DNA of 64,000 nucleotides from positions 68,031 through 132,030 of the forward strand of contig CAYUCS010000003.1 in assembly GCA_964443495.1 (NCBI GenBank), in the 5' to 3' direction. The notes beneath the pieces were generated by a model. That model saw only the letters and a program-made list of their open reading frames with translations, did no database searches and was not told where the DNA came from. Source of the stretch: an uncultured Gammaproteobacteria bacterium (GTDB taxonomy: Bacteria; Patescibacteriota; Patescibacteriia; Patescibacteriales; GWE2-39-37). Shown here one piece after another: positions 52,642 to 62,594 of this stretch. The first letter of the stretch is position 1; each line of letters opens with the position of its first letter. The translations under genes and the position numbers were made by a program.

Positions 52642-52902
52642 TTAAAATTTGCTCCACGGGCGTGCGCTTTTTTTGCTTGGCATCAGGCGAGGATTGGCGC
52701 GGAAAACCGAGGCGTTTTTGGTCCAGATAGACAGGGCCCTGACATTGATTGCGAGCACGCTGCCGATAATCAGGTAGCTGCTCAGAGGCTGTGGCCGCAC
52801 CTCCACGATCAACCAGACTGAAAGAAAAAGCAAGGCGAGGCTCAAAGGCAGCTTGCTGGAAATATCGGATAGCAATTCGCTCAATAGCTTAAGAATAAAC
52901 AT
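52642..52902 (-). CDS. Hypothetical small membrane protein
   Basis: 86-aa ORF with two hydrophobic segments. I recognise no family. Confidence 0.4.
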   Translation of the reverse strand: MFILKLLSELLSDISSKLPLSLALLFLSVWLIVEVRPQPLSSYLIIGSVLAINVRALSIWTKNASVFRANPRLMPSKKSARPWSKF

Positions 52903-52986
52903 GGTTTTATTGATGCATAATCATTATATATCATCTTTCAGATTTTAACAGTTGTCATTTTGGCAGGATAGGTTAAAATTAGCTTA

Positions 52987-53418
52987 TTGTTTTTAAGCAG
53001 CAGAATGATGAATTGGGTAAAAGTTATTGTAATGAAAAAACGGCGCAGGCCGAAAAGAAGAAGGGTGGTTTCTGAGAGAGAAGCCAAGAGATATCTGGCT
53101 TATCGGGAAGATGCCAGGCGCAAAATTCATGAAATATTAGCGAATGTAAACCAGTGCTATCGATTCGACTACGGCCGAGTGGCTATCAGGAATCAGCGAA
53201 GGTCTTGGGGGAGCTGTTCCCAGGCGGGCAACCTCAACTTCAATTACAAGATAATGTTCCTGGCAGAAAGATTGCAGGAATATATTGTCGCGCACGAGCT
53301 GTGCCATCTTCAGGAATTCAACCATGGTCCGGATTTTTGGAGGCTGGTCGAAGAGTTCGTGCCCGATTATAAGGATATCAGAAAAACATTAAAAAATATT
53401 CCAATTTCATCATTATGA
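52987..53418 (+). CDS. YgjP/DUF45-like (M48-related) metal-dependent hydrolase, short form
   Basis: WGSCSQAGNLNFNYKIMFL...YIVAHELCHLQEFNHGPDFW (HExxH). The start is ambiguous (in-frame ATGs at 53005 and 53032). Confidence 0.7.
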   Translation: MFLSSRMMNWVKVIVMKKRRRPKRRRVVSEREAKRYLAYREDARRKIHEILANVNQCYRFDYGRVAIRNQRRSWGSCSQAGNLNFNYKIMFLAERLQEYIVAHELCHLQEFNHGPDFWRLVEEFVPDYKDIRKTLKNIPISSL

Positions 53419-54053
53419 TAAAACTTTTGTTAGAGCATATCGCACTATGGGTAACCGGACTTATCGACGCCTATGGCGGGTGGTCTATTTTTGGCTTGAT
53501 GGCCGCAGAGTCGGCCAATATCCCGATACCGTCAGAAGTAATTCTGACATATGGCGGCTTTTTGGTAAGCAAAGGGCAGCTTAATTTTCACGTCGCAGCA
53601 CTGAGCGGCGCTCTTGGGTGTCTAGCCGGCTCGGTAATTTCTTATTTTATCGGCCTCAAGCTTGGCCGACCATTCCTGTGGAAATACGGCAAATGGCTGC
53701 TAATCTCGCGTCGCGACTTGATCAAGGCTGAAAAGTTCTTAGAAAAATACGGCACGGCGACTTACTTTATCTCCCGCTTGCTGCCGGTAATCAGAACCTT
53801 TATTTCATTGGTAATCGGCGTTTCGAAGGGCAGTTTTATAAAGTCGAACCTTTATGGCTTCTTCGCTTCCTGGATATGGAGTTATGTTTTGGTTTATGTC
53901 GGGGTGAAGCTTGGGGATAACTGGGAAGTCCTTCGTCCCTGGTGGGACAGATTCAGTTTCGCTATTATCGGATTCATCTTGCTGGCCGTAATTTGGCATG
54001 TCATTCGCGTTTTTCGTCACGAACCGGAGGCGTTCGGTGCCGATATCGAGTAG
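53415..54053 (+). CDS. DedA family membrane protein
   Basis: FGLMAAESANIPIPSEVILTYGGFL motif; 212 aa. It has a 4-nt overlap with the upstream gene. Confidence 0.9.
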   Translation: MIKLLLEHIALWVTGLIDAYGGWSIFGLMAAESANIPIPSEVILTYGGFLVSKGQLNFHVAALSGALGCLAGSVISYFIGLKLGRPFLWKYGKWLLISRRDLIKAEKFLEKYGTATYFISRLLPVIRTFISLVIGVSKGSFIKSNLYGFFASWIWSYVLVYVGVKLGDNWEVLRPWWDRFSFAIIGFILLAVIWHVIRVFRHEPEAFGADIE

Positions 54054-54063
54054 GGAGGAAAAC

Positions 54064-54092
54064 AAAAACAGCCGCGAAGCGGCTGTTTTTTT
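54064..54092. terminator. Bidirectional terminator between convergent dedA and the NRAMP gene
   Basis: AAAAACAGCCGC-gaa-GCGGCTGTTTTTTT. Confidence 0.8.
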
Positions 54093-54105
54093 ATCTCCGG
54101 TCTGA

Positions 54106-55530
54106 TTAGAGGAACAAGGAATAAATGGTAGCAATCCCTGCAAAAACCATCAAAGCGACGACAGCCCAGCCGAAAATCTTGTTAAGGGTTCCGTTCGCAT
54201 GCTTGCCCATGATTTTCTTATCGCTGCTGATGACGACTATCGGAATTAAGACCATTGGCGCCACCAAGCCATTGGCGACAGCAGAATAGATCAGTGCCTT
54301 GATGGGGTCAAGGTTGATAAAGTTCAGCGCTAGGCCGACAAAAACTGAAATGATAATTACGCCGTAAAATGCTTGGGCTCGATCTAGCTTGTTGTAAAGA
54401 CCTTCGCGCCAACGGAAGCTTTCAGAGAGCGCGTAAGCGACTGATCCGGCAAGCACCGGTATGGCAAGCAGGCCGGTGCCGATAATGCCAAGGGTAAAAA
54501 GCAGATAGGCATTTTCTCCTGCCAACGGCTTGAGGGCGGCGGCGGCATCGGCAGCCGTGTTGATGTTTGTGATGCCGCTGGCAAACAGGGTTGCCGAGCA
54601 GGTGGCAATAATGAAAAACATGACAAGGTTTGACAGGAGCATGCCGGACCAAACATCCAGTCTCATTTCTCTAACCTCTTGGTCCGTGGCGCCGACTCGG
54701 TCCTTAATGCGGGTTTTGCCTTTAAGGATTTCTTCTTCAACCTCTTGGGATGTCTGCCAAAAAAACAGATAGGGGGAAATGGTTGTTCCTAAAACGCCGG
54801 TAATTAAAATGATTGATTCTTTGTCCCAGGAAAAAGTCGGCACAAAGGTCGATTTCAAAACAGCCGCCCAGTCGATATCGACAAGCATGGCGGTGAACAC
54901 GTACGACAACAGGATCAGTGCCAGCCATTTCAAGTATCGGGCGTATTTTTGGTAAGTGGTAAAAATTTGCAATCCGAGCGTCAGTCCTGCGAAAGCGAAA
55001 ACTAGCAGGCCGAAATCGAGATCAGGAAAAAGCAGCTGGGTGGTCTTGGCCATTGCCCCTAGGTCGGCGCCGATATTGAAGGTGTTGGCCGCGAACAAAA
55101 GCGTTGTTGCAGTATAAAGCACCCAGGGAGGCAGGAATTTTTTGATATTCGAAGCCAACCCGCGGCCGGTAACCAGCCCGATGCGTGCGCACATCTCTTG
55201 GGCGACGGCCATCAATGGGAAGGTGAAAGTCGCCAGCCATAACCACTGGAAGCCGTAGCGTGCGCCGGCTTGCGAGTAGGTGGCGACGCCCGAGGGGTCG
55301 TCATCTGCAGCCCCTGTAGTCAAACCTGGGCCGAGCAGGTGCCAGTATTCCGCCGCTTTCTTTACGGTCTTCTGATTGGCAAAAAGCGATGCTATTTTTT
55401 TTGATTCGTCGATGGTTTTCTCCAATATTATGGCCGGCTCTTCCGCGATCGTTTCAGCCAATGAATGGCGGCGCGTCGGCAACTTTTTCTTTTTAGTTTG
55501 CGCCTTTCTATTGGTTTTTGCTTTTTCCAT
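54106..55530 (-). CDS. mntH: NRAMP family divalent metal (Mn/Fe) transporter with a ~60-aa basic N-terminal extension
   Basis: GPGLTTGAADDDPSGVATYSQAGARYGF motif and 11-12 TM segments. Confidence 0.85.
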   Translation of the reverse strand: MEKAKTNRKAQTKKKKLPTRRHSLAETIAEEPAIILEKTIDESKKIASLFANQKTVKKAAEYWHLLGPGLTTGAADDDPSGVATYSQAGARYGFQWLWLATFTFPLMAVAQEMCARIGLVTGRGLASNIKKFLPPWVLYTATTLLFAANTFNIGADLGAMAKTTQLLFPDLDFGLLVFAFAGLTLGLQIFTTYQKYARYLKWLALILLSYVFTAMLVDIDWAAVLKSTFVPTFSWDKESIILITGVLGTTISPYLFFWQTSQEVEEEILKGKTRIKDRVGATDQEVREMRLDVWSGMLLSNLVMFFIIATCSATLFASGITNINTAADAAAALKPLAGENAYLLFTLGIIGTGLLAIPVLAGSVAYALSESFRWREGLYNKLDRAQAFYGVIIISVFVGLALNFINLDPIKALIYSAVANGLVAPMVLIPIVVISSDKKIMGKHANGTLNKIFGWAVVALMVFAGIATIYSLFL

Positions 55531-55617
55531 CCTTGAAGTATTTAGAAGTAAGTGGTAACAATATTGTACACTAAATCAATTGGCTTCGCCAACGTTTTTG
55601 TCTTATAATTAAGTGAT

Positions 55618-56739
55618 ATGTCCAGGATCGCCATAGTTTTGCCATTCATCTTGTTTGCCATCGGCCTCATATTCGCGGCCCATTATTTCGTTTACCGGTC
55701 GATCGTATTTTTTTTCAAGCCATCGCCGTCATTGCGGCTATATTTGGCTTGGGGCTTCGTTGTTGTCGGATTCAGTTTTCCGATTGCTATGACTATGGTG
55801 CATTATTGGGAGAATAAGATTGTGCGGGCATATTATTATTTGGCTGGCGCGGGGCTCGGCCTGATTCTTTATTTGATATTGGCTTTTGCCGCGGCTTGGC
55901 TCGCATATTCGATAGCGTTCTATTTTCAGGCCAGGTTGCCGTTGGCCGCTTTCGGCTTGGCAGCCCTGTTGTTGCCGGCATTAATCGCGATCATTGGCCT
56001 TTGGAATGCGTATCAACCGAAAGTGACAAGGGTTGTGGTGCCTGTCAAGAATTTGCCCTCAGCGTGGGAAGGAAAAGTTTTGATTCAGCTTTCCGATGTG
56101 CACCTCGGAGCCATATACGGTTTGCGCTACAGCACCAAATTGGTGCGACAAGTGAATGAGCTGCAGCCGGAGCTCATATTTATCACTGGCGACCTTTTCG
56201 ACGGCATGGATGGACGACTGGATGAGCTGGGCAAGGCCGTTTCCGGGCTGCGATCGAAAAAGGGAACCTTTTTTATTACTGGAAATCATGAAACGTATCT
56301 CGGGGTGGACAAGAGCTTGGCCGCCATCAAAGGAAGTTCGATCCAGCATCTAGGAGACAGAGCCATGAGCATAGAAGGGCTTTCTGTCGTCGGCATCGAT
56401 TATCCGGTTAGGGGCGAAAAAAGCGCCTTTTTGGACAAGCTGAATGGTTTGGAATTTTCGCGCCCAGCTATTCTTCTTTATCATGAGCCCAGAAACGTTA
56501 AGGAGGTCGCCGCGCTTGATCGCTTTGACCTGATGCTTTCGGGGCACACCCATCGAGGGCAGCTTTGGCCATTCGAGTTCGTGGTACGAAGCATGTATGG
56601 CCGGTTCGCATACGGACTCAACCGGATCGGCGATTTTTACAGCTACACATCGGTTGGCACCGGCACGTGGGGGCCGCCAATGAGAACCGAAGGGCGGTCG
56701 GAAATTACCGTCATTACTCTAACTAAAATCGAGGACTGA
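55618..56739 (+). CDS. Membrane-anchored calcineurin-like metallophosphoesterase
   Basis: About 4 N-terminal TMs, then the motifs LSDVHLG, GDLFDG, GNHE and GHTH. Confidence 0.85.
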   Translation: MSRIAIVLPFILFAIGLIFAAHYFVYRSIVFFFKPSPSLRLYLAWGFVVVGFSFPIAMTMVHYWENKIVRAYYYLAGAGLGLILYLILAFAAAWLAYSIAFYFQARLPLAAFGLAALLLPALIAIIGLWNAYQPKVTRVVVPVKNLPSAWEGKVLIQLSDVHLGAIYGLRYSTKLVRQVNELQPELIFITGDLFDGMDGRLDELGKAVSGLRSKKGTFFITGNHETYLGVDKSLAAIKGSSIQHLGDRAMSIEGLSVVGIDYPVRGEKSAFLDKLNGLEFSRPAILLYHEPRNVKEVAALDRFDLMLSGHTHRGQLWPFEFVVRSMYGRFAYGLNRIGDFYSYTSVGTGTWGPPMRTEGRSEITVITLTKIED

Positions 56740-56753
56740 TTCCTCGATTTTTT
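56726..56753 (+). terminator. Intrinsic terminator overlapping the phosphoesterase stop codon
   Basis: AAATCGAGGA-ctgat-TCCTCGATTTTTT. Confidence 0.65.
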
Positions 56754-56754
56754 C

Positions 56755-56782
56755 TTGACATTTTTTAAGCAAATGTTAAGAT
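56755..56782 (+). promoter_or_regulatory. Candidate promoter of the marR-MFP-RND operon
   Basis: TTGACA (56755-56760), 16 nt, TAAGAT (56777-56782). Confidence 0.45.
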
Positions 56783-56813
56783 AGTTTTTCTAATAGTTAG
56801 ATAGGCTAACAAT

Positions 56814-57230
56814 ATGTCAAGAAAAAGCGATCAGTTGACCTCTTTATTGCTTTTGGTTCAAAGAATGGTTCAGCGTCATGCAAGGCGGCACAGCTGTGCC
56901 GTAAGGCAGATGACAGTCATGCAGCTTGAAGCTATGAGGTTCATCAAGGAAAACGAGGGGGTGACGATGAGGCAATTGTCGCAATATTTGGGCATCACCC
57001 CTCCGTCAACTACTGCGATTATCGACGATTTGGCTAAAAAAAAGCTGATCGAGCGTCAAGCCGATGAGGAGGACCGCCGAAAAATACGGCTGGTGATAAG
57101 CAAAATCGGCGACGAGCAGTTAACTGACTGCTTCGCTGATTTCGTCAAGCGCTTTGACCGGAGCATGAAGCGCCTAACTGACAAAGAAAGGGAGCAGCTT
57201 GTCAGCCTGCTGTTAAAAATTATCGATTAA
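56814..57230 (+). CDS. MarR family transcriptional regulator
   Basis: Winged-helix region: MRQLSQYLGITPPSTTAIIDDLAKKKLIERQADEEDRRKIRL. Confidence 0.85.
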   Translation: MSRKSDQLTSLLLLVQRMVQRHARRHSCAVRQMTVMQLEAMRFIKENEGVTMRQLSQYLGITPPSTTAIIDDLAKKKLIERQADEEDRRKIRLVISKIGDEQLTDCFADFVKRFDRSMKRLTDKEREQLVSLLLKIID

Positions 57231-57234
57231 CAAC

Positions 57235-58977
57235 ATGAAAGAAATTATCCGAAAAAATTACAAAAAATTTATTTTCGCCGGCCTGGCCCTTGTGGCCGTC
57301 ATTGCTATTAGCAGGTACTTTTACGCAAGGCCAGGCGAAAAAAACGCTCAGAAGAAAGATGTAAAAACGGTTGGCGTGGCTGAACTCAAATCAGTTTCAT
57401 CACAGGACGAGCTGGCAGTCCAGGGAGTCGTTAAAGCTGATAGCAAGGTTGACGTGGTGGCGATGGCTAACGGCACGGTCAAGCGATTTGATTTGAAAAT
57501 AGGCGGCAAGGTGCTTGCCAACCAGCCTGTCGCCGAGCTTTACGATAATGTTTTGTTGACAAACCTGATGAACGCGGGGGTTAATGCCAGCAACGTAAGC
57601 CAGAACTATCTGAACGCCAGCAAGGTCGCTGACGAGTCGGTCAATCAGGCAAAGCTCGGACTTTCCAGGGCGGAGGAGGGGGTTGTGGCAGCAGAAATCG
57701 GCGTAAAATCCGCTAAAGACGCCCAGGCGAATAGCCGTAGCTTGATTGAGAAGAACCGCCTCGATATCAGGGGCAACGCCGCCATAGCCTGCTCTAACTT
57801 TTTAAACACGATCGAAAGTTATCTGGATCAGGCAAATTACCTCATTAAGGCAGAAGGCAATGAACAATTGCCAGGTGTCAGCTTGACGCTCTCTGCCGAA
57901 GACGGCCAAAGCCTTGTCGATGCCAAGACGTATTATCTTGCCGCGAAAAGACGATATGACTCGTTATCAAGGAAAAACATAGCCCCTGATGAGTCAATGA
58001 ATGCAATCAATGAAATTCTGAAGAACCTTGATGAGACTAAAAAGCTGGCCGATAAGGTTGTCGATGTCCTTGAGGCGACGGTGCCGCATTCCCAGTTCAC
58101 CGAGTCAGCTCTTTCTGCGCAGAAAGCCAGTTTTGCCGGTTTGCGCAGCACGATTATCAATACCCAGACCGCTGCGCAGGGTACGATGCAAAGCCTGCAG
58201 AATTTCGAATTGACCAGCAAACAGCAGCTTGATGGAGCAAGCAATGCAGTAAAAGCGGCTGAAAGCCAGCTTGCGCAAGCTAAACTGGCTTTAGACTCAT
58301 CACGATCTGGCGCTGCGGGAGCTGAGAAGAGCCGTCAGCAACAGCTGGATTTGGCCCGCACCTCCTTGGACGGAGCTCAGGGGCAATATCGGTTACTAAG
58401 CGAACAGGCGGACGACCTGACAGTCAAGGCGCCGATCGCTGGTGAAGTTACGGCTAAGCTGGTCGAGATAGGCACCGAAGTCAGGATCGGGCAGAAGATC
58501 GCCGAAATTTCCAAAGTCGATTCTGTTAAAATCATTGCCAGTCTGGGTCCCGAAGACGCTTTAAGGATCAAGCTTGGCCAGAGCGTCACTGTAAATGGCA
58601 GATTCAAAGGGGTGGTCAACCAGGTGAACCCTGCGGCCGACCCTTCGAGCAAAAAGATCCAGGTAGAGGTGGTTTATGATAATAAAAACAAAGACTTCAT
58701 ACCCGAAACTTTGGTTGACCTGTCTTTGCCGCTTAAGCCCGTCGGGCCATCGGGTAGCGGAGTCTATCGGTTGCCTTTGAAGGTTTTGACGATAGGGCAG
58801 AATGAAAATTTTATATTTATCGCCGAAAATGGAAGGGCGAAGAAAATCAACATAACGCTTGATCGAATTGACGGAGAGTCCGCGTATGTGCGCACGGATT
58901 TGCCAGGAGACACAAAAGTCATCATTGATGGCAATAAGATGCTTGAGGACGGCGAGGAGATAACCATTGAGAGATAA
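57235..58977 (+). CDS. Efflux membrane-fusion (HlyD/RND adaptor) protein with an unusually long alpha-helical region (580 aa)
   Basis: N-terminal TM anchor and a beta-barrel/lipoyl-like start (GVVKADSKVDVVAMANGTVKRF). About 280 aa of Ala/Gln/Ser/Leu-rich helical sequence follow. The end reads LTVKAPIAGEVT... Confidence 0.8.
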   Translation: MKEIIRKNYKKFIFAGLALVAVIAISRYFYARPGEKNAQKKDVKTVGVAELKSVSSQDELAVQGVVKADSKVDVVAMANGTVKRFDLKIGGKVLANQPVAELYDNVLLTNLMNAGVNASNVSQNYLNASKVADESVNQAKLGLSRAEEGVVAAEIGVKSAKDAQANSRSLIEKNRLDIRGNAAIACSNFLNTIESYLDQANYLIKAEGNEQLPGVSLTLSAEDGQSLVDAKTYYLAAKRRYDSLSRKNIAPDESMNAINEILKNLDETKKLADKVVDVLEATVPHSQFTESALSAQKASFAGLRSTIINTQTAAQGTMQSLQNFELTSKQQLDGASNAVKAAESQLAQAKLALDSSRSGAAGAEKSRQQQLDLARTSLDGAQGQYRLLSEQADDLTVKAPIAGEVTAKLVEIGTEVRIGQKIAEISKVDSVKIIASLGPEDALRIKLGQSVTVNGRFKGVVNQVNPAADPSSKKIQVEVVYDNKNKDFIPETLVDLSLPLKPVGPSGSGVYRLPLKVLTIGQNENFIFIAENGRAKKINITLDRIDGESAYVRTDLPGDTKVIIDGNKMLEDGEEITIER

Positions 58978-58978
58978 T

Positions 58979-61900
58979 ATGAATGAGATCAATCAAAAAG
59001 AGGCGGGCCAGGGCTCTGATTATAAATATTTAGAAAAGCTGGAGTTTGATCCGGAATTGCGCAAAAGTTTTTTGAATTTTTTCGTGGTCAATTTCAGGGT
59101 AGTGTTGCTGTTGATATTTTTGATCAGCACGATCGGTGTCTTTTCTTTCATGCAGCTGCCGCGGGAGTCCAATCCGGAAGTCAGGATTCCTGTAGCGGTC
59201 GTTGCGACCGCTTATCCTGGAGTAGGGCCGACTGACATCGAAGAGCTTGTTACGAAAAAAATAGAAACCGGCGCCTCGGGACTGAAAGGCGTAAAAAAAA
59301 TATCCTCAAATTCTTCAAATTCACTTTCCACGGTGACGGTTGAATTCGAGCCGAGCGAAAATCTTGATGATGCCATACGCCGGCTGCGCGACAAGGTTAA
59401 TACAGTAAAAAACGACCTTCCGGAAAATGTAAGCGAGCCGATTGTTAAAGAGATTTCATTCGACGACACCCCGATTTGGAGCATAGCACTAACGGGTCCT
59501 TATGACGGTTTCACCATGCGTAAGTATGGCGAAGATATCCAGGATGAGTTGGAGAAGATCGCCGGGGTGCGCGAAGTGGTGATTTCTGGCGGTGATCAAC
59601 GGGAGTTTTCGGTAGCATATGATCCGCAGAAGCTGGCTTTTTATAACATTTCTGCCGATCAAGCCAATCAGGCCATAAAAGCAGCAAATTTAGTCGTTCC
59701 GGCAGGAAACTTCGAAGGAAAAGAGTACGTATATCCGGTCCGAGTCGATAACAGGGTTTTTGATGTCCAGCATTTGGCTAATTTGCCGGTTTCGCACAGT
59801 GACGATGGAGCTGTCATCTTGTTGCGTGACTTGGCGACGGTCCGCGAACAAGCCATCAAGCACACGATTTATTCCCGGGTGGCTTATGGCGGCAAGGCGC
59901 CGCAAGAAGCGGTCACGATTTCCGTGATAAAAAAGACGGGCGGGTCGATCCTTGATACGATCAACCAGTCCCAAAAAGCCGTGGATTCTCTTTTGACGAC
60001 GTTTCAGCCGGGGGTAAATTACGAAGTCGTGGTTGATTTTGGCAAAAGGATCAAAATGGACTTCGACCAGCTGACGCATGATTTCATACTGACTTTGCTG
60101 ATGGTTTTTCTGATTCTTTTTCTTATTGTCGGCCTAAAGGAGGCTTTCGTCGCGGGCTTAGCCATTCCTTTAGTTTTTTTCGTGACTTTTGCGGTCATGC
60201 AATTGACCGGAATTTCGTTGAATTTCCTATCCATTTTTTCGCTCATACTCTCTTTGGGCTTGCTGGTTGATGATGCCATTGTCGTCGTTTCTGCGACAAA
60301 GCAATATCTAAGGACCGGCAAGTTCACGCCTGAGGAAGCGGTTTTACTTGTACTCAATGATTTTAAGGTCGTGCTTACAACCACGACACTGACAACCATC
60401 TGGGCCTTTTTACCGCTGCTGATGGCAACCGGCATAATCGGCTCATTTATCAAGTCCATACCGATTACAGTGTCCGTTACGTTGTTTTCTTCTTTGATAA
60501 TCGCTCTGATAATCAACCATCCTTTGGCGGCTGTACTGGAGCGGATCCGACTGACCAGAAAATTTTTCTTTGTCAATGTTTTTCTCGCCCTAGCAGCTGT
60601 CGCATTCGGCTTGTGGCAGAGGGATGTTTATGGCTATATCGTGTCCGCGCTAGGCCTTGTCGGTGCTGGCATGATGTTTCGTTGGTATTTTTCCGTCGGT
60701 AAGGACAAGCTGGCACAAAATCAGGAGCTCGCAGCAAAGGAGTGGCGCGACGACGAGCTTATAAAAGAAAAATTGCGAACGCAGGGTGATGGCGAAAACG
60801 AGGGTTATATCAGCAGATTGGTGCATGGCATCGTTCACTTCAACAGGGTGCTGCCGACGTATGAAAAATATTTGAGAGCCGTGCTGGCTACCAAGAAATC
60901 ACAAATCGCCACAGTCGGCGTAGCCGGCGTCTTGTTCATTACCGCGGTAATGCTTCCGGTGTTCGGTATCGTGCCGACCGAATTCTTCGGCCCGAGCGAT
61001 CAAGATACCATTTTTGTCAACCTGACTGCAGCCACGGGGCTTAACATCAATGAGACTGACAAGATCGTTTCACGGGTGGAGCGGGAGCTGCTTTCATATC
61101 CGGAAATAGTCAATTTTTCTTCGGTAATCGGAATGCCGGGGTCAAACGGAAGCGGGGCAACCGGAGTTTCCGCCAATTCTTCCAACCGAGCCGGTATAAC
61201 GATCAATCTGAAGCCTAAGGAAGAAAGAAATATCACGTCGTATGAACTGGCTGATGAATTGAGGCAAAAGCTCGATGTCATCGATGATGCTGAAATAACG
61301 GTTGACTCTCCTCGCGGAGGTCCGCCAAGCGGCGCGGCATTCGAGGCCAGGATCAGCGGTGAAGATCTGCAGACTTTGGACAGGATAGCCCGGGAGCTCA
61401 AAGGCAAGCTGCAGTCGATTGATGGCGTGATAAGCGCCGACACCTCCCTGAAATCATCTCCGGCAGAATATACCTTTGAGCTTAATCCAGCCAAGCTAGA
61501 GCTTTATAATTTGAACGCGGCATATGTCGGCTCAACATTGCGCACCGCGATTTCCGGCACCAAAGTAACGACAGTTATAGTAGGCGGGAAGGAAATATCG
61601 GTGAATGCGACTTTTGCCGCAGACAAAATAACAGATTTGGCGGCAATCCAAAACATCCAGATATTGAATCTGAGAAAACAGCCTGTTTACCTGAAAGATG
61701 TAGCTAAAATCGAGCTCAAGCCTTCAGTCGATAGCGTAACCCGCGTCGATCAAAAGCGGACCGTCTTGCTGACTGCCGGAGTCGAGGCGAATACTAGGCC
61801 GAACGAGGTGGTGAAAAAATTCCAGGAGATGGTGGCCGATGATTATAGGTTGCCCAAGGGCTACTCGATCACTTATGGTGGAGAAAACGAACAGAATGCC

Positions 61901-62395
61901 GAGTCGGTCCTGTCCATTATACGTGCTATGGTTTTGGCCGGATTGCTAATCGTTTCGACTCTTATCATCCAATTCAACTCTTTCAAGAAGTCAATGATCG
62001 TTTTGGTTACTATCCCGTTGGCGTTGATCGGCGTGTTTTATGGCATGGCGATCGCTCGCGTCAATTTGAGCTTTCCGGGCCTGATAGGAATCTTGGCGCT
62101 ATTCGGCATAGTTGTGAAAAACGCGATCATACTTATGGATAAGATGAATCTCAATCTTGATAGCGGCATTGAATTCATGGAGGCGGTAATCGATGCGGGC
62201 AAATCAAGATTAGAGGCGATTTTCATAACGTCAGTTTGTACCATAGTCGGCATAATACCGATTACGCTTTCCAATGAGACTTGGCTTGCCCTGGGGAGCG
62301 CGGTCATTTTCGGACTGATGCTCTCGTCGTTTCTTACCTTGTTCATAGTCCCGACTCTGTTCGTCTTGCTGGTAAAGCCGAGCAAAGTCGATTAA
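58979..62395 (+). CDS. RND-superfamily efflux permease (AcrB/HAE-type, 12 TM)
   Basis: ATG at 58979 (MNEINQKEAG...). Two large extracytoplasmic loops and conserved TM4 region GLLVDDAIVV; 1138 aa. Confidence 0.9.
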   Translation: MNEINQKEAGQGSDYKYLEKLEFDPELRKSFLNFFVVNFRVVLLLIFLISTIGVFSFMQLPRESNPEVRIPVAVVATAYPGVGPTDIEELVTKKIETGASGLKGVKKISSNSSNSLSTVTVEFEPSENLDDAIRRLRDKVNTVKNDLPENVSEPIVKEISFDDTPIWSIALTGPYDGFTMRKYGEDIQDELEKIAGVREVVISGGDQREFSVAYDPQKLAFYNISADQANQAIKAANLVVPAGNFEGKEYVYPVRVDNRVFDVQHLANLPVSHSDDGAVILLRDLATVREQAIKHTIYSRVAYGGKAPQEAVTISVIKKTGGSILDTINQSQKAVDSLLTTFQPGVNYEVVVDFGKRIKMDFDQLTHDFILTLLMVFLILFLIVGLKEAFVAGLAIPLVFFVTFAVMQLTGISLNFLSIFSLILSLGLLVDDAIVVVSATKQYLRTGKFTPEEAVLLVLNDFKVVLTTTTLTTIWAFLPLLMATGIIGSFIKSIPITVSVTLFSSLIIALIINHPLAAVLERIRLTRKFFFVNVFLALAAVAFGLWQRDVYGYIVSALGLVGAGMMFRWYFSVGKDKLAQNQELAAKEWRDDELIKEKLRTQGDGENEGYISRLVHGIVHFNRVLPTYEKYLRAVLATKKSQIATVGVAGVLFITAVMLPVFGIVPTEFFGPSDQDTIFVNLTAATGLNINETDKIVSRVERELLSYPEIVNFSSVIGMPGSNGSGATGVSANSSNRAGITINLKPKEERNITSYELADELRQKLDVIDDAEITVDSPRGGPPSGAAFEARISGEDLQTLDRIARELKGKLQSIDGVISADTSLKSSPAEYTFELNPAKLELYNLNAAYVGSTLRTAISGTKVTTVIVGGKEISVNATFAADKITDLAAIQNIQILNLRKQPVYLKDVAKIELKPSVDSVTRVDQKRTVLLTAGVEANTRPNEVVKKFQEMVADDYRLPKGYSITYGGENEQNAESVLSIIRAMVLAGLLIVSTLIIQFNSFKKSMIVLVTIPLALIGVFYGMAIARVNLSFPGLIGILALFGIVVKNAIILMDKMNLNLDSGIEFMEAVIDAGKSRLEAIFITSVCTIVGIIPITLSNETWLALGSAVIFGLMLSSFLTLFIVPTLFVLLVKPSKVD

Positions 62396-62396
62396 C

Positions 62397-62427
62397 AAAA
62401 ACACCCATGGATTCCATGGGTGTTTTT
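62397..62427 (+). terminator. Intrinsic terminator after the RND gene
   Basis: AAAAACACCCATGGA-tt-CCATGGGTGTTTTT. Confidence 0.8.
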
Positions 62428-62594
62428 GTTTCGAAGGATCAATCAATCGGCGTTTTGTCGTTGCCTTCCGCGCTAGAAGGCGTATCGGACAAACCTAGCG
62501 CCAAAATCAGAATATCCTTTTGCCATTAAGTCGTCATTAAGAGGTATTTACATTTGGCGTAAAAGGCTTAAGATGGAAGTAAATAGGCTAAAAT

